Shown here: positions 1 to 10,178 of the stretch, one piece after another
How positions within the stretch are numbered: the stretch's first letter is position 1
How the letters are laid out: each line of letters opens with the position of its first letter
NCBI GenBank assembly: GCA_045105515.1
Contig: JBGCDR010000050.1
Span: 1-30,613 of the forward strand
DNA length: 30,613 nucleotides
Direction: 5' to 3'
Source of the DNA: Oligoflexales bacterium
Lineage (GTDB): Bacteria > Bdellovibrionota_B > Oligoflexia > Oligoflexales > Bog-1112
Made by a program: the position numbers and the translations under genes
The notes under the pieces: generated by a model
What the model was told of the DNA's origin: nothing
Databases searched by the model: none
What the model saw: only the letters and a program-made list of their open reading frames with translations

Positions 1-172
1 CATTGTTAGATTATGCTTGAATAGTCAAAAAAATACATCTCAAATATTTTTGACAACAAAAATTTTGTTAAAAAAATATGCTGAACCCATTTTAACGTAC
101 TTCAAAATTTGGTTAAAAGCTTACTTGAATCAACCCTGACACTAATTGAGTTTATTAAAACACGTATATATA

Positions 173-199
173 TCATCGGCAAAACTATATATTATTTGT
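173..199 (-). promoter_or_regulatory. Candidate sigma28 (FliA)-type promoter facing out of the left window edge
   Basis: Minus strand reads GCCGATGA (consensus GCCGATAA), with a weak ACAA/CAAA -35 at 14-15 nt. The target gene is not in the window. Confidence 0.3.
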
Positions 200-358
200 G
201 CTTACCTGATTTATTCAAAATATACAGCATGATACATCCCTAATTTTTTCAAACTTACAAATTATATTGGCCCCATAGTCCTTCTTTACTGCATAGTCAT
301 GAGTTTACTTGGGAAACTCTAATTTTCTCCACTCGTGAGTCGGACCAACCCAAATCTG

Positions 359-1180
359 TTACTGCTTTAGAGAAAAATATTTATCTTTAAGTTTGGCAAC
401 AAAAGCTGTGTCTCTGATCTCTTCGAGATTTTTCCAAATGCTCTCAGCTAGACTCTTATTTCCTTTATAAAACTGATGAGAAAACATTAAAAAGTATGCT
501 TTAGTTTTTAATGGAGGGTTTAGTCCTGTTAAACTGAATTTACTTTTTCTAATTTCGTGTTCAGCCGGTAAATCAATCAAAGCAGCACCATCTACTCTAT
601 TTTCTTTAACCATATTAAGAGCTTGAGATAGTTTATCCACTTCATGCACTTCGGCCCCTTCTTTTTCTAAAAAAGATTTAATGGAAAATCCTCTTAAGGT
701 GACTATTTTTAACTTACTAGACGAAGGATGGGAGAGCTTACTGTTAGTCCAGAAATGAGAAGAATTTGGTCTCGTATATAGGATATATGATGAGTCCATT
801 AAACGTTTAGTATTATCTACGACTCCCGATTTTTTTGGGTATACGCCTAGTTTTTCTCTCTCTTTCTTATAACTAGCGCTAAAACAACCATCATAAATAC
901 CTTTCTCCATCAAGTGCAGGCAACGATTCCAGGGAAACCTTTTGAACTTAATCTTGATATTTACTTTTTTTGCTACTTCATTAAGAATTTCTATTGCCAG
1001 TCCAGGATTTGGATTTGAGATATTTTCTGAATTTCCTATTACATATGGAAAGTCGCTTGAATTTTCTAATGCAAGCTTAACTTCTCTGTTTCCATAGCCT
1101 GGGGTAGCTAGGAAGCTCAGTATACATGCTAATATCACATTGATATTTAAATAATAAAATACTACTTTTTTTTGGTTCAT
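359..1180 (-). CDS. Periplasmic substrate-binding protein (family 3 / polar amino acid type), orphan
   Basis: N-terminal hydrophobic segment. Motifs FPY, GLAIEILNEVAKK, FPWNRCLHLMEKG and NRVDGAAL are typical of SBP_bac_3-like proteins. No ABC permease adjacent. Confidence 0.85.
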   Translation of the reverse strand: MNQKKVVFYYLNINVILACILSFLATPGYGNREVKLALENSSDFPYVIGNSENISNPNPGLAIEILNEVAKKVNIKIKFKRFPWNRCLHLMEKGIYDGCFSASYKKEREKLGVYPKKSGVVDNTKRLMDSSYILYTRPNSSHFWTNSKLSHPSSSKLKIVTLRGFSIKSFLEKEGAEVHEVDKLSQALNMVKENRVDGAALIDLPAEHEIRKSKFSLTGLNPPLKTKAYFLMFSHQFYKGNKSLAESIWKNLEEIRDTAFVAKLKDKYFSLKQ

Positions 1181-1304
1181 ATAATCTCCGAATAAAAATT
1201 GCAGGATAACAATCTTATTGATTAGATTTTAACAGTCATCTTTAATAAAAAAAATTAAATCCGAATATATGTACTGGTATATTTAGAGATAAGGTGAAAA
1301 AGAT

Positions 1305-3182
1305 TTGCGACTTAAAATATCCTATCAGCTTATATCTGGATTGATAATTTCAAGTGTTTTGATTACCTTGCTCACTACATTAATAGGTGCTTTTCAAGTC
1401 TACCAAATGGAATATGCACGGTTAAATAAACAGATGGGAGACTTGCTAAAAGTAGATGCGCAAGCTCTCGCAGAAAGCATTTGGGTTCTAGATCAGATAA
1501 AGATGCAAACGATTATTGACCAAATTTACGCCTACAAACCCGTTGATTTTATCGAATTGAAATTTGCAGATAAATCTCCAATTAAAACATTAGGTTTTAA
1601 ACCTTCAAAATCAATTGAATTTAGCTTCGATCTTAAACACTCAGATGTAGAATTAGCCAATTTAAAAATATATACTAATTTTAACTACTTAGTAAACAAA
1701 GTCAAATCAAGCATCTTAAACAATATTATGAATTTCTTTTTTCTAACTTTTATGACTTGCCTCCTACTATATATGGTTATTCACTTCTTCCTGACCAGAC
1801 ACCTATTGAATATCTCAGGCTATCTAAAAAATCTTGATTTTAAGAAACCTGATAAATTGAAGTTAAATAGATCAGAACTAAATATGTTTAAAGGTGATGA
1901 GTTAGCTGGAATAGTTGAAAGTATTAATGAAATGGTACAAAAATCATATTTGAACAATGAAAATTTGGAAAAAAAGGTTGCAGAACGTACTCAGGATTTA
2001 GAAACAGCCATTAAGCAAGTGAAAAAATCTAGTGAAATTAAGTCTCAATTTTTGGCGAATATGAGCCACGAAATCAGAACACCTTTGAATGGAATTGTTG
2101 GAATATCTGATATGCTAGTTTCAAAAATAAAAGATCAGTCATTGCAAAAATATTTGCATTATCTATCCGAATCTAATACGCTTCTCTTAAAAATTGTAAA
2201 TGATATATTAGATATTTCAAAAATAGAAGCCGGAAAGATTACTTTAGAAAAAACCACAATAAACTTCTATCAGTTGTTAAATGATATAATTGATACTTTG
2301 AAAATTAGAGCAAATAAGAAGAGTATTCAATTAAATTGTCAGATAAGCAACAGTCTACCAGAGTTGATATGTAGTGACCCTGTCAGGCTGAGACAAGTAC
2401 TAACAAATGTCTTAGATAATGCTATAAAATTTACCAATGAAGGAAAAATAAACTTAGAATGTGACTCAAAAAAAAACCAAAACGAAGTAGAGATTTTCAT
2501 TCTTGTTACTGATACTGGAACTGGTTTTGATGAAGAGCGAAAAAAGTACTTATTTGATATTTTCACCCAAGAAGATGACTCGACTACAAGAAGGTTTGGA
2601 GGATCAGGTCTTGGCCTTTCTATCTGCAAAGGCATACTTAATTTGATGAATGGATCTATTGATCTAAATAATAGGCCCGAAGGGGGTACCGAGTGTAAAA
2701 TCAGCTTTTTTGCATCACTGCACACTATCCAAAAAACTGAAATTAATAAAATCGATTCAATCAAAGTCTTAAATAATAAAGTGCAGGAACATATTTTAGT
2801 TGTAGAGGACAATGAAATAAACTTGGAATTAATGAGATCTTTTGTTGAGGATTTAGCTATTAGTGTCACATATGCAAACAATGGAAAAGAAGCTATTGAA
2901 CTTTGCAAAGAAAATTTTTTCCCTTTGATACTAATGGACTGCCATATGCCTGTTATGGATGGATATGAAGCAAGTCGTTATATCCGGAAATTTCATCAGG
3001 AAAGTACTCGACCTTACATTGTTGCAGTAACTGCCAGTGCTATGGAGGCTGATATCAAAAAATGTAAAGACGCAGGGATGGACTATATTCTTACTAAACC
3101 TATAAAAAGACATAAGTTGGCGGAGTTGTTCAAGAAGTTAATAGCTCGAAAGATAGTTTCAATTTCTCAGAATGTTGCATAA
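1305..3182 (+). CDS. Membrane-bound hybrid sensor histidine kinase/response regulator
   Basis: Two TM segments and a HAMP-like linker. H-box FLANMSHEIRTPLNG, N-box NVLDNAIKFT, G boxes DTGTG and GGSGLGLSI, C-terminal receiver (ILVVEDN, LILMDCHMPVMDG, KP). TTG start. Confidence 0.95.
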   Translation: MRLKISYQLISGLIISSVLITLLTTLIGAFQVYQMEYARLNKQMGDLLKVDAQALAESIWVLDQIKMQTIIDQIYAYKPVDFIELKFADKSPIKTLGFKPSKSIEFSFDLKHSDVELANLKIYTNFNYLVNKVKSSILNNIMNFFFLTFMTCLLLYMVIHFFLTRHLLNISGYLKNLDFKKPDKLKLNRSELNMFKGDELAGIVESINEMVQKSYLNNENLEKKVAERTQDLETAIKQVKKSSEIKSQFLANMSHEIRTPLNGIVGISDMLVSKIKDQSLQKYLHYLSESNTLLLKIVNDILDISKIEAGKITLEKTTINFYQLLNDIIDTLKIRANKKSIQLNCQISNSLPELICSDPVRLRQVLTNVLDNAIKFTNEGKINLECDSKKNQNEVEIFILVTDTGTGFDEERKKYLFDIFTQEDDSTTRRFGGSGLGLSICKGILNLMNGSIDLNNRPEGGTECKISFFASLHTIQKTEINKIDSIKVLNNKVQEHILVVEDNEINLELMRSFVEDLAISVTYANNGKEAIELCKENFFPLILMDCHMPVMDGYEASRYIRKFHQESTRPYIVAVTASAMEADIKKCKDAGMDYILTKPIKRHKLAELFKKLIARKIVSISQNVA

Positions 3183-3243
3183 TAACCCACAATTCCAATT
3201 GCCCTTACATTTTTTATTGGCTTAAATATTAGCAAAAGCCCAA

Positions 3244-4431
3244 TTAGTTGGCTTTTAAAGGGCGAAAAAGTAAGAAAACACCCAAGGACCCTGCTATCAA
3301 TGATGCGATCAATATTGCCAATCTAGACTCATTATTCAAAACTGGGTTTTCGAATGCCAAGGAACTGACAAAAAGTGACATGGTAAATCCAATTCCAGAC
3401 AAGAAACCTATCCCGATTACCTGCCTCCAACTTGTTCCTTCAGGCAGCTCAGCTAGATTCAAAACACTTGCCAAATAAGCCGCGCCAGCAACACCAATGG
3501 GCTTCCCTAACACCAAACCCGCAATTATTCCGATGGAAATAGATCCAAATTCGACTGAATTTAACGGAACTCCTGAATTACTAAATGCAAAAATTGGTAC
3601 CACCACAAAACCAATCCATTTAACGAGTGATTTTTCGAGGAAAACTGCTGGACTATCTAAGGGTGATGCCGCTTTCGAATATATATCACCTATTAGTTTT
3701 GCACGACTAATTTTTTTTGGAGCAAGAGGAATTGTTGTAGCTAATAGTACTCCTGCAATAGTAGCATGAACTCCTGACTTTAACATAAAGTACCAGAGGG
3801 GTACTCCGATCAAAAGATATACAGATAGTTTTACAATACCTAACTTATTTGCAGCTATACAAAACCCAAAGCATCCTAATGCCATTGCCAGAGATTGTGA
3901 ATCAAGCTTAGCTGTATAAAACAGAGCTATTACCAGAATAGCGCCAAGATCATCTACAATTGCTATTGCAGCGAGCATAACTTTCAAAGGAGCAGGAACC
4001 CTCGAACCAAGTACAGCTAGGACTCCCAAAGCAAAAGCAATGTCCGTTGCCATTGGAACCCCCCAACCGTTAGAGGCTTCACCAATGGGATTAAAACTAT
4101 AATAAACTAATGCTGGTATCAACATGCCACCGATTGCCGGAAAAATGGGAAGTAGGGCTTGTCGGAAATCAGATAGTTCTCCAACCAATATTTCTCTTTT
4201 TAATTCGAGGCCAATAAACAGAAAAAATATCGCCATCAAGCCGTCATTAATTAAAAGTAATATGGACTTGTCAATGATTGGTGAGCCACCTGCACTAAGC
4301 AGGATCTTGCTTACTAAAATATTTTCATAACTACTGGCAAATTTTGAATTTGCACATGCAAATCCAGCTACAGAGGCAAATAGCAGAAGAGCCGGAGCAA
4401 TTAAATCTGCTTGTTCATTGCTATGAGCCAT
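3244..4431 (-). CDS. nhaA: Na+/H+ antiporter NhaA
   Basis: Signature motifs INDGLMAIFF, GLELKRE, GWGVPMATDIAFALG, AIVDDLGAI, KSGVHATIAGV and GIGFTMSLF. Confidence 0.97.
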   Translation of the reverse strand: MAHSNEQADLIAPALLLFASVAGFACANSKFASSYENILVSKILLSAGGSPIIDKSILLLINDGLMAIFFLFIGLELKREILVGELSDFRQALLPIFPAIGGMLIPALVYYSFNPIGEASNGWGVPMATDIAFALGVLAVLGSRVPAPLKVMLAAIAIVDDLGAILVIALFYTAKLDSQSLAMALGCFGFCIAANKLGIVKLSVYLLIGVPLWYFMLKSGVHATIAGVLLATTIPLAPKKISRAKLIGDIYSKAASPLDSPAVFLEKSLVKWIGFVVVPIFAFSNSGVPLNSVEFGSISIGIIAGLVLGKPIGVAGAAYLASVLNLAELPEGTSWRQVIGIGFLSGIGFTMSLFVSSLAFENPVLNNESRLAILIASLIAGSLGVFLLFRPLKAN

Positions 4432-4813
4432 TACAACTCCCTCGTTTGTTAATATTAAAAATTTTCGACTAAATTGATTTCTAGTCGTTTTTTATTTACA
4501 AGTTATTTTAGCATATTTCATTGATTTAAATGTTTTTCCAAATATCTCATTTCACTATTCAATAGAATGGTAAATAGGACTTCTTTATTTATATGTATAA
4601 ACTTAATGCAAAAAAATTTTAAGTTGCAGTTACATTGTATTGCGACAGTTTTCCCGTTATTTTTCCATACTTCTACCAATGAAACTTAGAAAAATAAATT
4701 CAATTTATATGTTTAAAATTTGATCTAGCCTATCAGCTTGAGAATAATGCATATTGATTTTAGCAATAAAATATAATACCAGTCATTCTGCCAATTAAAT
4801 ATGGAGGCCTATT

Positions 4814-5878
4814 TTGATTTTCAAATTACTTATAACGATGTCTGCTTTTTCAATAACTGCTAATTCCACTAGATGTATGGCTGTAAATTTAGCAAAGCCA
4901 TTAAAATATATTGCAGCTATGACAGCTATTAGTGGTGTTAATATTGTCGATGCTAAGTATTTATCACAAAGAAAGAACAGTAGATCCCTAACAAAAGATG
5001 TTTGCGAAGAGAATAAAATTTCATGTGAAGAAAGAGATATCTATTTATTACTGGATTCATCTGGATCCGTTGGATCCAATGAATGGGACAAGGTAAAAAA
5101 TATTTCCAAGTCTATTGTTTCGAATTTGGATCCGCAAAACCAAAAAATAAGATTTGCGCTTTTGCAATTCTCAGATGAAGTAAATGTGTTGGCAACACCA
5201 CTGGAAGACTTCGATAGAGAAGATGTAAATAATATAACTGAAACACTACCATTTATTGGAGGTGATACGCATACATTTACAGCTATTAATGCCATTATCG
5301 ATCTTTATGATTTAGTTAACAGTAAGAGTGAAGTAAGTACTTTATCTGAAATTATTATAGTAACAGATGGTAGAGTTGCTCCCAATTCTGAAGTTCCTTG
5401 CCCTCTAAAGGGTGATCTTGAAAATCGAGGAATCAGGGTACATATTGTTGCGGCTGGTGAAGCTGATTTAGCCGAAGTACAATGTCTAACAGACCTTGGC
5501 AACACAACGATTTTCAACGATACTGATGTACTGAATAATGACAAAGAATTTTCAAAGCAGGTATGCCAAAAGCCAATTAATTATTGTCCTGAAACTTACG
5601 TTGGTCAAGGAGGTGATTTTATTCCATCTATGTACCAGGTTAATCTTGAAGAAGGTGAACTAAGATGTACCTATTATTATGAAGGAACTTTTAGTTGTCC
5701 TACAGATAGTGACATGGCTAGTATATCAGAACACCCACATTTCCTGTTTCACTGGAAAGATAGAACTTCATATTTGGGATCGGATCGCTTGCTTAGATGT
5801 AATTATCACTTAAAATGCGCAAACCCTGAAAAAAGCGAATGGACAAAACCTAAGGATTGCTTTGACCGCAGAAAATAG
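4814..5878 (+). CDS. Secreted von Willebrand factor A domain protein with Cys-rich C-terminus
   Basis: GGAGG 6 nt before TTG and a signal-like N-terminus. DIYLLLDSSGSV (MIDAS DxSxS), RFALLQFS, GGDTHT, IIIVTDG. Two CP...LRCxY segments at the C-terminus. Confidence 0.85.
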   Translation: MIFKLLITMSAFSITANSTRCMAVNLAKPLKYIAAMTAISGVNIVDAKYLSQRKNSRSLTKDVCEENKISCEERDIYLLLDSSGSVGSNEWDKVKNISKSIVSNLDPQNQKIRFALLQFSDEVNVLATPLEDFDREDVNNITETLPFIGGDTHTFTAINAIIDLYDLVNSKSEVSTLSEIIIVTDGRVAPNSEVPCPLKGDLENRGIRVHIVAAGEADLAEVQCLTDLGNTTIFNDTDVLNNDKEFSKQVCQKPINYCPETYVGQGGDFIPSMYQVNLEEGELRCTYYYEGTFSCPTDSDMASISEHPHFLFHWKDRTSYLGSDRLLRCNYHLKCANPEKSEWTKPKDCFDRRK

Positions 5879-5929
5879 CTGGCTAATGTGGGTGTCTAGA
5901 CAATATAAGGTGCCAATTGTCTTTGATAG

Positions 5930-8900
5930 CTAGTATGAAGACTGAATGATATGAATATCTTCAAGACCTGTGGCACTTACATTAGCAGGAGGCACACTCA
6001 ACTGCTCGTAGCTGATATTTTTGCCATTTTTTTTAAAGCTCGCATGACTTGATTGCAAAAACCCATAATTAAGCAATGAATTAAGCAAGAGATCAAAAGT
6101 ATCGCGATCAACCATCAGTTTCTTCTTCGAAACGTACTGAAATAAAGAAGTTTTAGACCAAGACTTACGTTCTTTAGCAAAATTCCAAACATCTTTTAAA
6201 ATCTGTTTCTCTCTTTGTGATGGAGTACGTAGAGACTTAAACTCGCTGACGCCTGGAATACAAATATCACAGCTCTTACACGGTTTTGAATCTTCGGTAT
6301 CACCAAAATAACGAATTAGTTGCACCATCCTACAGGCATTTGCTTCTTTTGCAAAATTCCACACAGAATCCAACTGCCCAAGACGAAATTCTTTTTGCTT
6401 GCGATAGCTGTCTTCCCAAGACTCTTTGCTAGGGTAAATCATAGAACTATGCTCATTAACAATAGCACCATGAATCCATAACTTTTCTAAAAAAACTTCC
6501 CCCTCTTCATGGTCTAAGAGTTCCAAAAGCTCATGTCTGCTAATGCCTTCCTTGGGAATTTTTTCGTAAATATCAGCTAAAAGAGAAGGTTCAGGATAAT
6601 TGACGTCATGTAAAAATAGATGAGTCTTTTGATCTACATATGAGTAAAGCATGATAGCCTTGGAAGGTTTACCATCTCGTCCAGCACGTCCAATTTCTTG
6701 GTAATAGCCCGCAAGTGTCGAAGGAAGTGCCATGTGAATTACTGAGCGAATATTATTTTTATCTATTCCCATTCCAAAGGCCACGGTAGCAACGACGACA
6801 TCAGTCTTGCCACTCATGAACTCGTCTTGAACTTTTTGTCTATAATCTGTACTTAGACCAGCATGATACGCTCGTGCTGGTACCACAGCGGATAAAGATG
6901 CAGCTATTTTTTCAGTTTCTTTGCGAGTAAGTACATAGATAATAGCCGGTCTATTTTTCTTATGTTGTAGAAAAGACATGATTGCAGCAAAACGCTCATT
7001 TTTTGGTATATTAACTACTTCTAGCTGCAAATTTTTTCGCCGAAACCCAGCAATAAACTTACTACTAGATTCTAATGAGAGCTGCTCAAGAATATCTTTC
7101 TGCACTTCTTTGGTAGCTGTAGCTGTTAAAGCTATCTTGGGTACCTTTGCGAAGACCTCTAAGCGTTCTCCGATTTTTCTATAATCTGACCTAAAATCAT
7201 GGCCCCACTGGGAAATGCAATGAGCTTCATCAATCGCTACAAGAGCTAGCTGCTTTTGAGCGAGAAGCTGCATAAATCCAGGCAGACCAAGACGCTCAGG
7301 AGCAACAAAAAGAAAGTCTAAATTGCCTTTCAAGTATTGTCGACAAACCTCTCGTGATTCTTCTCGACTTCGCCCAGAGTGAATACGCTCTGCACGCAAC
7401 CCTAAGTCATTCAACTTAGTAACCTGATCTTCCATCAATGCAATCAGAGGACTAATAATCAAGCCAGTCCCCTGGCGTGCAAGGCTTGGAAGTTGATAAC
7501 AAAGAGACTTGCCTGCGCCAGTAGGCATAACAATAAGAGCATCCTCACCCTTAAGTAGAGCAGCACATACCTGTTTTTGTGGTTTGCGAAAGCTTTTCAA
7601 ACCAAAGCAATCACGCAAAATATCCTCTAAGGAAGCTTTATTCGTCTCGTATTGTGTTTTTTGCACAGACGCTTCTTTACTTACCGAGTTTTGAGGCTCC
7701 TGCTTATAATGGGATGCCAATGTCCTAGCTTCGGGAATAGGTCTACTCGCTTGTTGACTAATCATTTGGCTTGGACTTTCCCCCACCTTTGCAGAAAGCG
7801 GAGCTAGATTTGTAACAAGCTTACTTACATGAGCTTCGATCTTAGTCATAAATGAGTCAAGAGGCAGTTGTCCCCTAGAAATCTTGTCAAGCAACGATTC
7901 CCACTCACCAGTCATTTTAGGGCTTTTAAGATCGACATTAACCAAGTCAATGAGCTGCATCCCTTTGTCCTTAACCCTTAGCGACTTACCATCACGCAAA
8001 ATATAATCGCGTTTGATCAGAGTTTCAATTATTGCTGCCCTAGTCGCTGGAGTGCCTAGTCCTGTATCTTTCATAGCATTAGAAAGATCCTTTTCCTCCA
8101 ATAAACTACCAGCTGTTTCCATACCTGTTAGCAGCCTTGCCTCTGTCATAGGTGGAGGAGGTTTAGTACTAGCCTCACGTTTCTTTACCTGGATAGGGTA
8201 GACATGCATGCCTTGCTGAAGTTCAGTAGGAAGAATAGGCTCCCCCGATTTCTTGGCAGCTCGCATAGGAATTTCTTCCTCTAAAGCTTTCCAACCCAAT
8301 TGTAAAACGCGAGTTCCCTTGCTAGCAAAATAGTAGCATTTTTCGTTAACCTGACTTAATTTTGATGTCAAACTAGTTAAAAGTGTCGTGGTGGAACTTT
8401 TATAGGAATCCTGATAGGCGCTCAACAACCTAATACACACTAAGTCGTAGATCAGCCTCTGATCCTTATTTAAACCAACCGGCTCTACTCCTGTAGGTAG
8501 AATACCATGGTGTTCACCAACCTTTGCATCATTAACATGCCTTTTACCAAGTTTAACGTGGCCTGTTTCTTCTTTTATTATCAGAGCATAAGGTGCTTTT
8601 ACTGCTTCAACAACCTTAGGGAGAATTTTTGCTTCTTCCTTTGAAATATAACGACAATCGGTACGAGGATAACTAATACATTTTTTTTGCTCATAAAGTG
8701 ACTGAGCAATATCCAAGGTTTTCTTGGCACTGAAACCACATAAACGATTTGCATGCCGTTGCAACTCAGTCAAATCGTAAAATAAAGGTGGCAAAATTTC
8801 GTTTGTTTTTTCGGCTATTTTTTCAAGCTTAGCACTTGCACCCTTGAACGTCTTTAGAATCTCGTCAAGAATAGAGTCCTTTGGCGAAAGCCTTCTTGCC

Positions 8901-9700
8901 TTGAGCCAATCAGTTTTTTCCTTGCACGTACTTAAGAAGTTATGTGCCCATACAGGGCCTACATACCAACCTATATATGCATGATCTTGGTCTCTACGAA
9001 TATCGAAATCTAAGTTGTCTACATCTGTCGATAAACAGCTGAACACCCCCTTAATTTCTGCATATTTTTCAGGTACAAAGTTCAAAATTTCTTTTTCTCT
9101 TTGAACTAGAATTGCCAGAGTGGGAGTTTGAACCCTTCCAATGGATAACACATCTTTGTAAACAAGTGAGTAAGCGCGCGATAAATTCATACCCACAAGC
9201 CAGTCAGCACGGCTGCGACCTCTAGCACTATCTGCTAGATTGTTATAAAGCTCCCCATCCTTCAGATTCTTAAAACCTTTTTGAATGGCTGACTTTGTGA
9301 GAGAAGAAATCCACAAACGCTTGATGGGTTTAGAGCATGAAGCTTCTTCGTAAATAAACCGAAAAATCAGCTCACCTTCTCTGCCTGCATCCGTAGCGCA
9401 GATTACCTCGGAAGTTTCCCTAGCATTTAAAAGGCGCTTAACAACTTTGAACTGATCTATGGTTTGAGTGCTGACTTTTAATATCCATCCTTTTGGAATC
9501 ATCGGCAATTGTCGCAGGTTCCACGACTTCCATGCGGGCTCCATATCAGCAGGATCACCAAGTTTAACAAGGTGGCCTATAGCCCAAGTGATCTTGTAAG
9601 CTTTGCCGGCGAAATATCCTTTATGCCTCTCTTTAATCCCTAATGCTGCAGCAATGTCCCTTGCAACTGAAGGCTTCTCTGCAACAACTACGGCAACCAC
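5930..9700 (-). CDS. topB-recQ: DNA topoisomerase III - RecQ helicase fusion protein
   Basis: Single open frame. Topo IA motifs: AEKPS, ATDAGREGE, GRVQTPTL, catalytic SYPRTD, GLGTPATRA. RecQ motifs: MPTGAGKSLCYQLP, DEAHCISQWGHDFR, ALTATA, AFGMGIDK, YYQEIGRAGRDG and RQC cysteines. Start placed at GTG 9700 after a GGGGG SD rather than at the track's 9766. Confidence 0.95.
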   Translation of the reverse strand: MVAVVVAEKPSVARDIAAALGIKERHKGYFAGKAYKITWAIGHLVKLGDPADMEPAWKSWNLRQLPMIPKGWILKVSTQTIDQFKVVKRLLNARETSEVICATDAGREGELIFRFIYEEASCSKPIKRLWISSLTKSAIQKGFKNLKDGELYNNLADSARGRSRADWLVGMNLSRAYSLVYKDVLSIGRVQTPTLAILVQREKEILNFVPEKYAEIKGVFSCLSTDVDNLDFDIRRDQDHAYIGWYVGPVWAHNFLSTCKEKTDWLKARRLSPKDSILDEILKTFKGASAKLEKIAEKTNEILPPLFYDLTELQRHANRLCGFSAKKTLDIAQSLYEQKKCISYPRTDCRYISKEEAKILPKVVEAVKAPYALIIKEETGHVKLGKRHVNDAKVGEHHGILPTGVEPVGLNKDQRLIYDLVCIRLLSAYQDSYKSSTTTLLTSLTSKLSQVNEKCYYFASKGTRVLQLGWKALEEEIPMRAAKKSGEPILPTELQQGMHVYPIQVKKREASTKPPPPMTEARLLTGMETAGSLLEEKDLSNAMKDTGLGTPATRAAIIETLIKRDYILRDGKSLRVKDKGMQLIDLVNVDLKSPKMTGEWESLLDKISRGQLPLDSFMTKIEAHVSKLVTNLAPLSAKVGESPSQMISQQASRPIPEARTLASHYKQEPQNSVSKEASVQKTQYETNKASLEDILRDCFGLKSFRKPQKQVCAALLKGEDALIVMPTGAGKSLCYQLPSLARQGTGLIISPLIALMEDQVTKLNDLGLRAERIHSGRSREESREVCRQYLKGNLDFLFVAPERLGLPGFMQLLAQKQLALVAIDEAHCISQWGHDFRSDYRKIGERLEVFAKVPKIALTATATKEVQKDILEQLSLESSSKFIAGFRRKNLQLEVVNIPKNERFAAIMSFLQHKKNRPAIIYVLTRKETEKIAASLSAVVPARAYHAGLSTDYRQKVQDEFMSGKTDVVVATVAFGMGIDKNNIRSVIHMALPSTLAGYYQEIGRAGRDGKPSKAIMLYSYVDQKTHLFLHDVNYPEPSLLADIYEKIPKEGISRHELLELLDHEEGEVFLEKLWIHGAIVNEHSSMIYPSKESWEDSYRKQKEFRLGQLDSVWNFAKEANACRMVQLIRYFGDTEDSKPCKSCDICIPGVSEFKSLRTPSQREKQILKDVWNFAKERKSWSKTSLFQYVSKKKLMVDRDTFDLLLNSLLNYGFLQSSHASFKKNGKNISYEQLSVPPANVSATGLEDIHIIQSSY

Positions 9701-10178
9701 ATGCAACCCCCTGCCCAAATTAAAAGCTTGCCGAGTATTCTCATTTTTATGGCAATGCCTGCACAAGCTAACAACTAAAGGCCATAATGTCCACTGACAC
9801 CCTACGGCTTTAAGTATTGTAGATGGGATTGGTATAAGGAAACACGCAAAATTTATAGCATTCCAATGTATGAGCCCTATATTTACATGAAACCGCCCCC
9901 GTACTTTTTATAAGCAATTGAATTTATTGGGGACAAAAACATAAGAAACTGGCCAGTCAGTCAACTTGATATCCTCATTCGCTAAAATCCTTAAACCCCT
10001 TGGTGTTTATTATCTAGCGAGATAGTGTTCGTACACAACGGCTAATCCAAATAAAATATTATGAGAGTATCAGAGAACCTTGTCCAAGAACCTACATAGT
10101 GCAGGCCTATTGCGGCACAGGATTTGGCATGTTTGCTGGTCGACGACAAACCAAAGCAGGAAGGTAAAGGATCGAAGC

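Noticed and set aside
4466..4487. Dyad CGACTA-N10-TAGTCG upstream of nhaA
   Set aside because: Only 6-bp arms and no recognisable regulator; could be chance.
5930..9700. Reverse gyrase
   Set aside because: The domain order is reversed and the helicase has RecQ-specific motifs.
10113..10139. Sigma54-like CGGCAC and TGGCAT upstream of the peptidase
   Set aside because: Both give GG-N10-GG rather than GG-N10-GC, so neither was called.
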